Part shown: one piece after another, positions 52,841 to 64,000 of the stretch | Numbering within the stretch: the stretch's first letter is position 1 | Layout: the number at the start of each line of letters is the position of its first letter | Assembly: GCF_006345805.1 (NCBI RefSeq) | Contig: NW_021833454.1 | Span: 1 to 64,000 of the forward strand | Length of the DNA stretch: 64,000 nt | Source: Octopus sinensis | Taxonomy: Eukaryota | Direction of reading: 5' to 3' | The notes under the pieces: model-generated | Database searches by the model: none | Told to the model about the DNA's origin: nothing | Seen by the model: the letters and a program-made list of their open reading frames with translations, nothing else | Translations under genes and position numbers: made by a program

Positions 52841-53819
52841 TCTTATCTAGTTTTGCTTTTTGATAAGAGTCTGATGAAACAGTGCGGTGAAAGTGCTGAA
52901 TGTAGGTGAAACAATAAGTAAGGTGTAATGTTTTACTGTAGGTGGTGGTTGTGGTGGCGGCGGTGGTGGTGTAGGTGATACAATGCAGAGGGTGACTGTA
53001 GGCGGAGTAAAGTAGATGCTGCCAAAATCTTGTTAAATTGACAGAATATAAAAAAGACAACAAAAGTAAAAAACCTAATGACTTCAGATTTTTTTTTCTT
53101 TCTTGGCAATGTGGAAACATTTAACCTAATTTTCTTTCGTGTTTGTTGCTGTTGTTGTTGCTGTTGTTGCTGCTGTTCTTGTTGCTCTGTTTATTATTAT
53201 TATTTTTTGTATTTTGTGGTTTTTATTGTTACCGTGGTACTACTGTCGTTGCTGCTTTTGTTGTTGTTGTTGTTGTGTCTGATACTTTTGTGCTTTTCTT
53301 ATGTTGTTGTGTCTGTTGTTTTTGTTTTATTGTTGTTGTTCTTGTTCGTGTTGTCACTGTCGTTGTTGCTGTTGTTGTTTGTTTTATTGTTGTTTTTGTT
53401 GATTACTCTGCTGTTTTCGTTTATTTTGTTGTTGTTGTTGTTGTCGCAAAAGAAGACAAGACACAACACACACCAATTTGTTTAATGTTTCATGGATAAA
53501 TCCTGATGTTGTGGCATTCACACCTTTCCCTAAACTATTTCCCACGCAAGAGAAACGAAACTTCCTCGATGGTGGATCGAACCCAGGTTGCGGATTCAGC
53601 TTGCCAATATCTAACTTCACAACTTATACACTCAGTTCTAATAAATGATGCTATTGTTAGCCTTATTTCTATTTTTCTAAGGCAGAGAGCTGGCAGAACA
53701 GTTAACGCGTCGGAGAATGTTACTAACAAGCATTTCTTCTTGTTCTGAGTTCAAATCCCGTCGAAGTCGGCTTTACCTTTGTTGCTTCTGGATTTTTTTT
53801 TTTTGATCGATACAATAAA

Positions 53820-54225
53820 TACCTATTTCTTTACTACCCACAAGGGGCTAAACACAGAGACAAACAAACGGATTAAGTCGATCATATTGACTCCAGTGCG
53901 TAACTGGTATTTATTTAATCGATCCCGAAAGGATGAAAGGCAAAGTCAACCTCGGCGGAATTTGAACTCAGAACGTAGCAGCAGACAAAATATCTATTTC
54001 TTTACTACCCACAAGGGGCTAAACACAGAGAGGACGAACAAGGACAGACAAACGGATTAAGTCGATTATATCGACCCCAGTGCGTAACTGGTATTTATTT
54101 AATCGACCCCGAAACGATGAAAGGCAAAGTCGACCTCGGCGGAATTTGAACTCAGAACGTAGCAGCAGACAAAATACCGCTTGGCATTTCGCCCGGCGTG
54201 CTAACGTTTCTGCCAGCTCGCCGCC
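53820..54225 (-). mobile_element. SINE dimer (head plus 184-bp and 171-bp units)
   Basis: Junctions at 53820, 53991 and 54175. Same family as 37135-37735. Confidence 0.85.
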
Positions 54226-54703
54226 CTGTTGAGGGTTGGGGTCAATGTAATCGACTTACTCCCTTCCCCCTTAACATCGCTGGGTTTGTACCTAAATTTG
54301 GAAGTTATTATTTTGCAAAGGAAAGTGAGGGTGGAGAAAGAGGTGCAGTGCTCGAGTAAATTTATTGAAAGGTGGGTCAAAGCTGCGAAAAAGGCAAGAA
54401 TGAATGGTACTGCTCTAAGAATGGGTCTGTGAATCGGAGAAAAGGAAATATATATAAATTTATATATATTTTGATGGCAAAATTCTTGTAGAAAATGTCT
54501 TGCGTTATTTATTCCGTTGCGTCATGTTCTGATTTCTCCGAGGTCCACTTCCATTTTCCTTCATCCAGATAAAATAAAATACTCTTCATGTATTAGAGGC
54601 AATGCGAACGATGAAGGCCCCTCACCTCAAAATTCTTGCCTACATCTGAAAGTATCCATACTGTTGCTCATGTTGTGATGGTGAGTTGTCAGAGTTGCTT
54701 GAG

Positions 54704-54743
<40 letters not shown>

Positions 54744-55337
54744 CGGCTCTTTACGTTCCGAGTTCAAATTCCACCGTGGTCAACCTCAATCCCCACCACC
54801 TCAGCCCCCAAATCGATCTAACAAAGGATCTGTCAAGTACTGCAATCGACGGTATCGACAAGCCCCCCCCCCCACCTAAAACTACTGACCTTCGACCTAA
54901 ATCAGAAGCAATTGCTGTTGTTTTAGATGTTTAACACTTGTGCAGGTGTGATCGAATTCACCTATGGCCAACAACATTTCAACCATGCCCACTCCATCTT
55001 TTGACAAACTATGAGCCCTAGGACAGTATCTGAGTGGTAATCCAGCATGGCCGCTATCCGTTGACAGAAAGCAAAAATGTAATAAATCAAAAAACAAAAA
55101 AAAACTATATATTTGACCATGTTATTATATGATAAATCTTAAAATGCAGTTTGTCTTAGTGTTCGTGAAAACATTTGATCATACATTTGGTCATAGATTT
55201 CATGATATGTCATATCTACGCTGAGTATTAAACTGGTCTGCATAGAGTAGTCATTTAACCTCCCAACCTCCGAGAGTAAATTCTCCAATCGACCAATATT
55301 ATCACCATTGCTGCTACTGCTGCGACTGCTGTTGCTG

Positions 55338-55407
<70 letters not shown>

Positions 55408-55548
55408 AATAACGATTCAATTAGTATCACACACATACATGTATATATATAAATAAAATTACTATAAATATGTGCGTATGTATGTATCTGTATATGCGTG
55501 TGTATGTATGCAAGCATATCTGTATATACATATATATATATATGTATG

Positions 55549-55615
<67 letters not shown>

Positions 55616-55631
55616 TATATATAATATATAT

Positions 55632-55665
<34 letters not shown>

Positions 55666-58600
55666 AATATTATATATATATTATATATATATATATACAT
55701 ATACATATGCATACACACATGCTTATATGCTAACATACATACATACATACATAAATAAATACACACATATATACATAACATGCATATGTATACGTATCCA
55801 CAACACAGATATGCGTATATCAATGCATATGTCCGTATGCATGCATGTTTTTATGTGTGTGTATCTGATTGTGCATGTATGTATTTACAGCTATATATAA
55901 TCAAACACACACACACTCACTTTCACACACACTTGTATATAAAATCATTATTAACACAGACACACGGAGATGAAAATACATTGACATACACATCTAAACA
56001 CACATCTAAACACACAGACCACTCGTTAGTGCCCAATGTCCAGCACCACCACCGCTGCCACCACTACTGCCCCCACTACTACCAACACCACTTCTACTAC
56101 TACTTCTTCCACCACCACCTCCATCACTGCAACTACCACCACCACCACCATCATCACCACTACTACTACTACTACTACTAGCCCACACCAAACTGACCAG
56201 TGTCAATCAACCCTAATCCTCCAACAAGATCCAACCTGTCTGTCCAGTGTAAATATTTGTCGTCAACTATTGATGGCTTGGTCTTAGTAGTTGCCCTTAT
56301 TAGCTGAGAGGTCAGTCTATTTATGCCGACAAGAATCATAAACTATAGGCTCTCAACCATACCCTACTGTTGTTCAAACTATAGGCTATAATTCATCCCC
56401 TGCTACAGTTGGAAATATAGGCTATCGCCATACTCGCTGCTATTAAAACTATAAGTGAAAGGTCATCTTATGCTCAGGCTATCTACTACCAATGTCTCAG
56501 CTAGGGGCCCTCTTCTGCTGTTGTCAACACTAAAGAATACATACCATTTTCTACAGACAGAAATTTCTGCTGTTTTTGAAATTATATTCTCTGTTGTTGT
56601 TCAAGAGAGAAGCCATGTCATTCTCTCTCGTTGTTCATCCTATTAGCCATGGACTATATTAGCTGTTGTCAAAATGATAGACTATTGGTCATTGCATGCC
56701 ATTGTTAAGCCTACAGACCGTGAATCATTCCCCGCTTTTGTCCTGCCTACTGCTATCGAACTTTCCCTGCTCTTATTCAGGCAATACGTTATGGGTCCTC
56801 TTGTTGAAACTATAAACTAAATCCAGTTTCCTGTTGTTTTTCAGTTCCTAGCCTATGAAGGCCACTGTCTGATGTCCTCCATAACATAGACCAGTGGTAC
56901 TTGGTTTGAGCAGTAGCAACAACCTTGGGCGAGTTGTGAACTAACAAGATCGCGTTATGTGACTCCTAGATGTTTAGAGAAGTCAAAGAAAATATTTCAA
57001 ACAAATACAAAACTTCAGTTTTAAACACATTTTCAAATAATAAAGAAAAAATGTGAGAGAGAAAAACCTTTGTTAGGGTTAAAGTATGAAAAAAAGATAT
57101 TGAGTTATCAGTGAGTAGAAAAGAGTATGAGAAGTGTCGACAAGGTCCGTGTGGTTTCCTTATGTAAGTCCTCGCCTTGCTTTTAGTAATTGCAATAAAA
57201 ATTTAATGGAATGGGGCAACAGTGCAGTCCATGAAAACATTTAAAAAAAACAACAGGAAGTAAGAAAGGACATGCCGGATGAGACAGAAGAAAATTATGA
57301 AGGAAACACGGACCCTAAATATCAGCTCAAAATTAGTTGCTCTTTCATAAAAATAATCTGTCTTTCTGTCTGTCTGTCTCTATACATGCCTCTCTTTGTT
57401 TACATCTCTCTCTCTTTCTCCCCCACCACCTCTCCGCAAAACATGGGATGGGTGCGGGTGGCATTTTTACAATGCTAGTCTGTTGCAAATGGTAGTGGTG
57501 AACGACAAAAGGTTGAGAACCACCGCTATAGGATATTGGTAAATCTCTGTTCTTCAAACGGTGTGCAACGACGCAGCTGGAGAGTGTGCCGCCGCCTAGG
57601 GCAGCCCTTGAGTTCTCCGTCACCCCTGCAAACCTAAAATGCCACTTAGGCGGACCTACCTCATCGCTCCACCACCAAACTTTGGTCACGCTACTAATGC
57701 TATGAGCCACTCATTGCAACACTTCATAGAGCAAATGTTGGGTTAATCCTTTCTGTTAATATTCCAGCCTAAACACGATTCTTCGATGTCTTCCACGACA
57801 TAAGCAATAAAAAGTTCCTTGGCTGTTGGTCATACTGCCAGCTATGAAGCAATCCTAGATATTCTTCAGACTCTAAACCGGATTTAGACATGGTGTACCA
57901 CGAAACTATGTAAGGCCTGGAAACCCCTTGTTTAAAAATATATATTCCCTGTCTGGATTTAGATTGCAAGACTCTTGATGTGGACTTGTGTGTTGAAAGA
58001 GATTTTGTTCTATCTTGAGAGGGTCATTATGCCAATAATGAACACACGCACTGGTCCTGTCTCACTTCTATTTTTATTAGTCAACTAGTTAACTATTTAA
58101 ACAATTAACTTATTGATTAATCATTCGGTTAATCAATCAGTCAGTTAACTTTGTCAAAGTCGTCGACGAACAGACAGACCAGAAGCTGACCTGAAGTAGA
58201 GACGGTATGTGATTATTGAGGTCGCGAATTTGCGCAGCTGCAATTGCGACGTGTCTAATACGCTTGTGTGTCTTTTGTGCCATTAGAAAACGCTTGGTTG
58301 GAATGATATCAGTGATATATTATAGGTGTATAGCATAACTATGAAACAACAACAGTGATATAACTCAGACGTGCAAGACGGCGAGCTGGCAAAATGGTTA
58401 TCACGCCGACAAAATGCTTCGCGGTATTTCATGTCTTAACGCTCTGAGTTCAAACTCTGCCGAAGTCGATTTTGTTTTTCAACCCTTTCAGAGTCGACCA
58501 ACACGCCCCACCACCCCGAAATTTCTGGCATTGTGCCAAAACTTGAAATCCATATTACTTTTCAATAAGGCGTTGGCGAAGTAGAATCGGTAGCATGCCG

Positions 58601-59370
58601 GACAAAATGCTTAGCCAAGGTCGACTTTGCCTTTCATTCTTTCGGTGTTAATAAAATAAGTACCCGCTGAGCAAACTGGGGTCGATTCAATCAACCTGCA
58701 CCCCCGTCTCTCGGAATAGCTGTCCTTGTGCTAACATTTGAAACCGATATTTCTCCGATGTGTATTGTGGCCATGAAAGTATAATCGGTTTTTGAAGTGG
58801 GTTTTTTTTTTTATAATAGAAAGCAGTTTATAACAAATAAAAAGTAAATACAAAAGTACGAAAAAACTATTGAAAATAAGATTAAGAAATTAATCTTAAT
58901 TAACTTCATTTATATTTATAATTAAAATCATTCTCTGACCTAATTTGTGCAGACATTCTGTTATATAGGTTTACGCATGGCTGTTTGATTAGGAATTATA
59001 GTTCGTAAAGATGAAGTCTTAGGATCGACCCCACTCGGCGGAACATGGAGCAATTTTCTTGTTTTATGGTTTCGGATTAACCAAAACTTGTACGTATCTT
59101 ATGCATGCGTGTATAAGTGTCTATGCACGTACGTATGTGTGTGTGTCTGTGTGTGAAAGGATAGATGGCTGGATGCATATCGTTATATATATATATACCC
59201 TGGGCCAGGAATACTAAAACAAAAGATAAGTCCTCCGAAAAGGAGAACCAAATTTCACCACGGCCGCTACTTCAAACAGACACTCACTCTGACGGAAAAA
59301 AGGAAAAAAATTCTTTCGTGCAAATCTGACCCTGATACATACGATACAGCTAAGGGTCAAACCCGATTCT

Positions 59371-59913
59371 GATTGGTCAACAAGTTGATGACGTCTAGCT
59401 CTGCTAGAATGGACAGGATACAAACAGGGGACAGTCATTAGTCAGAATATTGATGACGTCCTTTTCTGCTTGAATAGTCACCTAACAAGTACAGACAGGG
59501 GGAAGATCTAATGTAGCTATAAGTCGTGATTGGGCAGAATCTGGATGACGTCCCGCTCTGCTTGACTAACGACGAAGCGACTGGTCAAAACAGGAAACAA
59601 ACAAGAGGCAGATATATGCAGCGAGTGGTCAAAATAATGATGACGTCCCGTTCTATTTGACTAACGAAGCGACTGGTCAAAACAGGAAACAAACAAGAGG
59701 GAGTTATAATGCAGCGATTGGTCAAAATAATGATGACGTCCCGTTCTACTTGATTAAAGCTACCTAACGAAACGATTGGTCAAAACATTGATGACGTCAC
59801 GCTACGCTAGATTGACCACCTAACAGGCATTATAAAACGAGCATTTCACAAAAACTCACTAGAACCACCCAGCGAACTTCCACCATGGGTCATCACAATT
59901 GCTTAAGGTAAAA
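59371..59913 (+). promoter_or_regulatory. Array of six CCAAT(ATTGG)+CRE modules followed by TATA, Inr, Kozak ATG and splice donor
   Basis: GATTGGTCAA-N5-TGATGACGTC-type units at 59371, 59436, 59528, 59623, 59716 and 59774. TATAAAA 59831-59837, TCACT 59856-59860, CCACCATGG (ATG 59885), AAG|GTAAAA at 59907/59908. Confidence 0.55.
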
Positions 59914-60294
59914 ATGAATCCTCGCTCTTTCGGAAACATCAATCTTCTGTATTGACCGCTTTCCAACACTTTGATCGTTTTTGTATTGAATACGTATCGC
60001 CACCGTGGGCCACTGCATCGAACACTTTGAACATATACTTCAAACTATATATCAAATATACATGAACTATATATCAACTATACATGAACTCTAAGATGTC
60101 TGACTCCGTTGTGTATTATAAATGAATTTCTTGTGTTTGACGGCATGAGCTGTCTTTTTTTATATATAACTTTTTTTGATAAGGTTCATTTCAGGAACTG
60201 AAACATGTTATAATGTATATATAAAAATTAAAAATTGTATAATACAGCAGCATTTTCGAACTTCATTTTTTACAAATATATATATATATATATA

Positions 60295-60357
<63 letters not shown>

Positions 60358-62286
60358 GTGTGTATGTATGTATGTATGCATGTATGTATGTATGTATGTA
60401 TGTTGCTAAGTTGTGGAGTTATGTCTGACACCCGTTGTCATTCGTGGGTCGGATCCAGCCATAAGTTGAGTCCCTTGTGAAAACTGTCACTCCGCCATTT
60501 TGTAGCCTGAAAGGGCAGGCAGCTTTTATCTGTTGGGTGGCCTTGGCGAAAGAGGTGGTATGGTGGACCAGTTTGAAACGGCTGAAGACAGACACCTTCC
60601 CCTTTGCTCATGACCTCATCAATTAAGGATGGAGAAAGAAGTGCTGTTTCCCATCAAATTCGTTGAACGGTGGATGAGAGTGACAAACGTGGCCCAAGAG
60701 AATGAACTTATTCTCAGTAAGCACTTGTAGATTGAAAGATGATAGGAAAAAAAGGCACTCGTTTTAGTGGTCAGGGTGACCGTGGTTTTGTGGAGTTCCC
60801 ACAAATAGCCTTCGAGATCATCCCTTTTTTGGTAAATTAGTCTATATTGTCCTCGCATGTCCTTTGTGTTTTCGTCATTTCTTGATGGTTAATTACGAAA
60901 GTATTATTTTAAGATTGCTACAATAGTTAAAACGTTGAAAGGTTAAAGCCGTTCATGTTACCGTTTCAAGCTTCGCCCTTCAATTTTTCCGGAGTGGATT
61001 GAATAAAGTTCCAATCAAAATATCGCGTCTATAGTATTCTTTTCTACTCGAGGCACAAGGCCCGAAATTTTGGGGGTGGGTGCCAGTCGATTAGATCGAC
61101 CCTAGTACGCAACTGGTATTTAATTTAACAACCCCCGAAAGGATGAAAGGCAAAGTTGACCTCGGCGGAATTTGAACTCAGAACGTAAAGACAGATGAAA
61201 TACCGCTATCACCATCATCATCATCATCATCATTATTATTAAGACTGCGAGCTGGTAGAGTTGTTAGCATGCCGGGCAAATGTTTAGCGACATTTCGCCC
61301 GTCGTTACTTTCTGAGCTCAAAATTCCGCCCAGGTCAACTTTGCCTTTCGGGGTCGATAAAATAAGAAGCAGATGAGCAACGGGGACGATGTAATCGACT
61401 TACCCTGCTCCCCGGAACTACTGGCCTTGTGCCAAAATTGGAAACCATCGTCGCCGTCGTCATCGTCGTTGTTTTTGTATCCAGCTGGAGACTACAAGTC
61501 ATCGATTCAGTCACAATATTGCTTTAAGACTTCCACAAAATAATTACGAGACCAAACTAATCGACCGACCGCCATGACTGAAGGATAAGCTCAAACAATA
61601 ATCCAGCCGATGTTTTCTTTTCTAAGTACTATTTACGTTGACGCCAGTTGTGAAAGCTGTGCTGTAAGTGTGGCGTGGTGTGTTGTGGTGGTAATTTGGC
61701 GATGCGGGTTCGGCTCAGAGTTCATCGTTTAATCCGGGGGGAAGAGACATACAGCAACTGACACTCCTTACATACGTTCTCGGGTAGCAGAGTCGGGTGG
61801 GATCTTTTAGCTTGGACTTGCAGAAGTTTATTTTTGGAGGCAACATGTGAATATGTTCCTGGAGAGGAATTTCACTGACAGGGGTGAGGATTAGTGTGGA
61901 GAGAGGTGGGGTGTAAATTAAGTGGTTCAAAAGAGCGAGTGAGGGTCGTTGCCTTGGCGAATGGGCGTTTCGCTCATAATCGCAAGGACGTGGTTTCGAC
62001 TCCCTGACTGGATGGCAGCGTTGTGTTCTTGGGCAAGACACTTCTTTTCACGTTACTTAGCAATCACTTCGACATCTGATTTGTAGTCGACCGTGCACCT
62101 GCACAGGTAATGTCGATCAAATGGAGGAGCCGAGCTAAGGTACAGAACAAACAATTGATCACAATAAACAAACCGTCTGCGCAGGTTTTCGGCAAGAGTT
62201 TGAAGAACCCTCACCTGTCGTCAGCGATACGAGAGTACACAAAACAGCGAGTGTACTGAGGGTATTGGGGTTATTTATTTATTTAG

Positions 62287-62518
62287 GGCTGCGAGCTGGC
62301 AGAAACGCTAGCACGCCGGGCGAAATGCGTAGCCGTATTTCGTCTGCCGTTACGTTCTGAGTTCAAATTCCGCCGAGGTCGACTTTGCCTTTCATCCTTT
62401 CGAGGTCGATAAATTAAGTACCAGTTACGCACTGGGGTCGATATAATCGACTTAATCCGTTTGCCTGTCCTTGTTTGTCCCCCTCTGTGTTTAGCCCCTT
62501 GTGGGTAGTAAAGAAATA
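62287..62518 (+). mobile_element. SINE monomer (multimer family) with 16-bp TSD
   Basis: GGTATTGGGGTTATTT at 62261-62276 and 62519-62534. Confidence 0.9.
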
Positions 62519-62699
62519 GGTATTGGGGTTATTTCTCTTGATTATTGTTTTTTAGATTTTAAGTATCGCTAAAATGAATATTTTTAAATTTCTAATTGCA
62601 GTGAGTTTGATATGCAGAACACTCACAAAGGTACTTTTCTCAGCCATACTGTGTGAGCAAGCGTGTGCGTGTGTGGTGTAACATAATACACATTTGTTG

Positions 62700-62753
<54 letters not shown>

Positions 62754-62944
62754 TATATATATACATATATGTAGTATATAATACATACATTGTGTATGTA
62801 TGTTTTTATTTTTGTTTTTCTTTGATATTTGTTATTGGTCTTCTATAATAATGAAGCTGTATCCCTTAATTTATTGCTTTTGCATACAAATGCCGAGAAG
62901 AAATCTTGCGGAACATGCGTTGTTTTAATGAGATACATCTTGTA

Positions 62945-63050
62945 ATCACCTGAGGAGACACATCTACACCGACGGATACACCTACTCCAGATGTTCAGTA
63001 CCCCACTCGTGAGAATTCGATGCTGGATGGGTCGAAACAATTGTAGTGAT
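62945..63050 (+). ncRNA. Canonical type I hammerhead ribozyme
   Basis: ATCAC-CTGAGGA-GAC.CATC...GATG.GTC-GAAA-CAATTG-TA-GTGAT: all core nucleotides present, three stems, GUA triplet (cleavage after 63045). AATAAA follows at 63052. Confidence 0.8.
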
Positions 63051-63328
63051 CAATAAACTTTCTCGTATCTTCCATCTTCCGTCTCACTCATTAATCAAAT
63101 ATAGATAGGGAGTAGGTAGGTAGGTAGATAGATAGACAGACAGACAGACAGATACAAACATACGTACATATTATATATATACATTCATACATACATATAT
63201 ACGTATACAAGCTCATTCTTTACACATTTTGTATATGCCTAAAATCTATATAAGGCTGGAGTAAAGATAGAACGACCGTTGTGCTAATGGCGCCTATTAA
63301 GGGAGCAACAGCTGTCCACAATCGTCCT

Positions 63329-63850
63329 TTTGACTTGACTTGAGACAGCATTCACCCGGGGTGGGTTGAGCTGGCTTCATTCATCCTCAATGCTGCATCT
63401 CTCACAAACGCCGACCAGACCTGGCGATTTGAGGCTAACGACCGCGTGATCTCCAACCACTCCTTATTCCAGCAGCGAAAGCCATAGATATGGGGGCCTA
63501 GGTTGGGTTCCAGATCAGCCTTGACTGTCATCAGCCAGGTTTTTCGTTGTCCACCACATCGTTTTCCTCCAACCCTGAAGGGGAGCTGGGGCAATTGCTT
63601 CGTAGATGAATTCTCCTGGTTGACGACGGAGGGCATGACCCAACCAACGCAGACGTCTCGTTAGGATGACTTGTCGGAGGGAGGTGATTCTGCACTGGTG
63701 TCGCACCGAATTGTTGGAGACAAAGTGATGCCAGCGGACACGAAGGATGCGGCGTAGACAGAGGTGATGGAAGGATTCTAGTCACTTAATATCTTCCACC
63801 CTCATTGGCCATGACTCGCTGCCGTGTATCTTCGTCCTCGTGTCTCCCGA
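63329..63850 (-). mobile_element. RTE-clade LINE 3' end with (CAAGT)n tail
   Basis: GSESWPMRVED..LESFHHLCLRRIL, RRLRWLGHALRR, GGQRKTWLMTVKADLE, NRQVWSAFVRD. Tail CTCAAGTCAAGTCAA. Confidence 0.9.
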
Positions 63851-64000
63851 ATTACACAATCTTTTTTAATGATAAGTCATTTCTGAATAATACTTGATTC
63901 CTGATACAATTTTCCCCCCTCACCAGAGTCGGCTGGAATAATAAATCCATTGGGTATTTCTTTATCTTCTCCCAACGTGAAGATAATTTCAGTAAATTAA

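Noticed and set aside
54597-54680. 84-nt AG...GTGAGT candidate exon on the plus strand
   Set aside because: Stop codons in all three frames.
60440-60870. Complex-looking segment, possible TE coding fragment
   Set aside because: No motif recognised in any frame.

Overview
AT-rich, repeat-saturated eukaryotic DNA. The SINE families and extreme (TA)n/(TG)n/(TATG)n/(TAGA)n/(AAT)n density suggest a coleoid cephalopod, probably Octopus (inference from recall, not a database search). No intact protein-coding gene, rRNA, tRNA gene or CRISPR array can be supported; nearly all long ORFs in the supplied track are microsatellite artefacts. Contents: many tRNA-derived SINEs; two TIR-bounded mariners (irritans-like and Hsmar1/cecropia-like) plus mariner and maT fragments; a DD36E Tc1-type element; a non-autonomous Helitron; RTE, CR1/L2-type and RLE-type (R4/Dong-like) LINE remnants; a decayed Penelope-like RT/GIY-YIG ORF. 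Most notable: (1) about nine unrelated Penelope-type terminal-repeat families, each carrying a type I hammerhead ribozyme fold (one fully canonical at 62945-63050, others with core variants including a G3:C8 swap and recurrent U4C), five of them arranged as fold-back inverted pairs; (2) a six-fold fixed-spacing CCAAT+CRE module array followed by TATA, Inr, Kozak ATG and a splice donor (59371-59913); (3) a SINE forming precise 184-bp head-to-tail multimers at three loci, with a GGTAT 3' junction matching its own internal sequence; (4) a 1.06-kb near-perfect palindrome centred on (TA)n; (5) RLE-LINE 3' ends embedded in and duplicated with (TACA)n arrays. All coordinates were read by eye; SINE boundaries are approximate.
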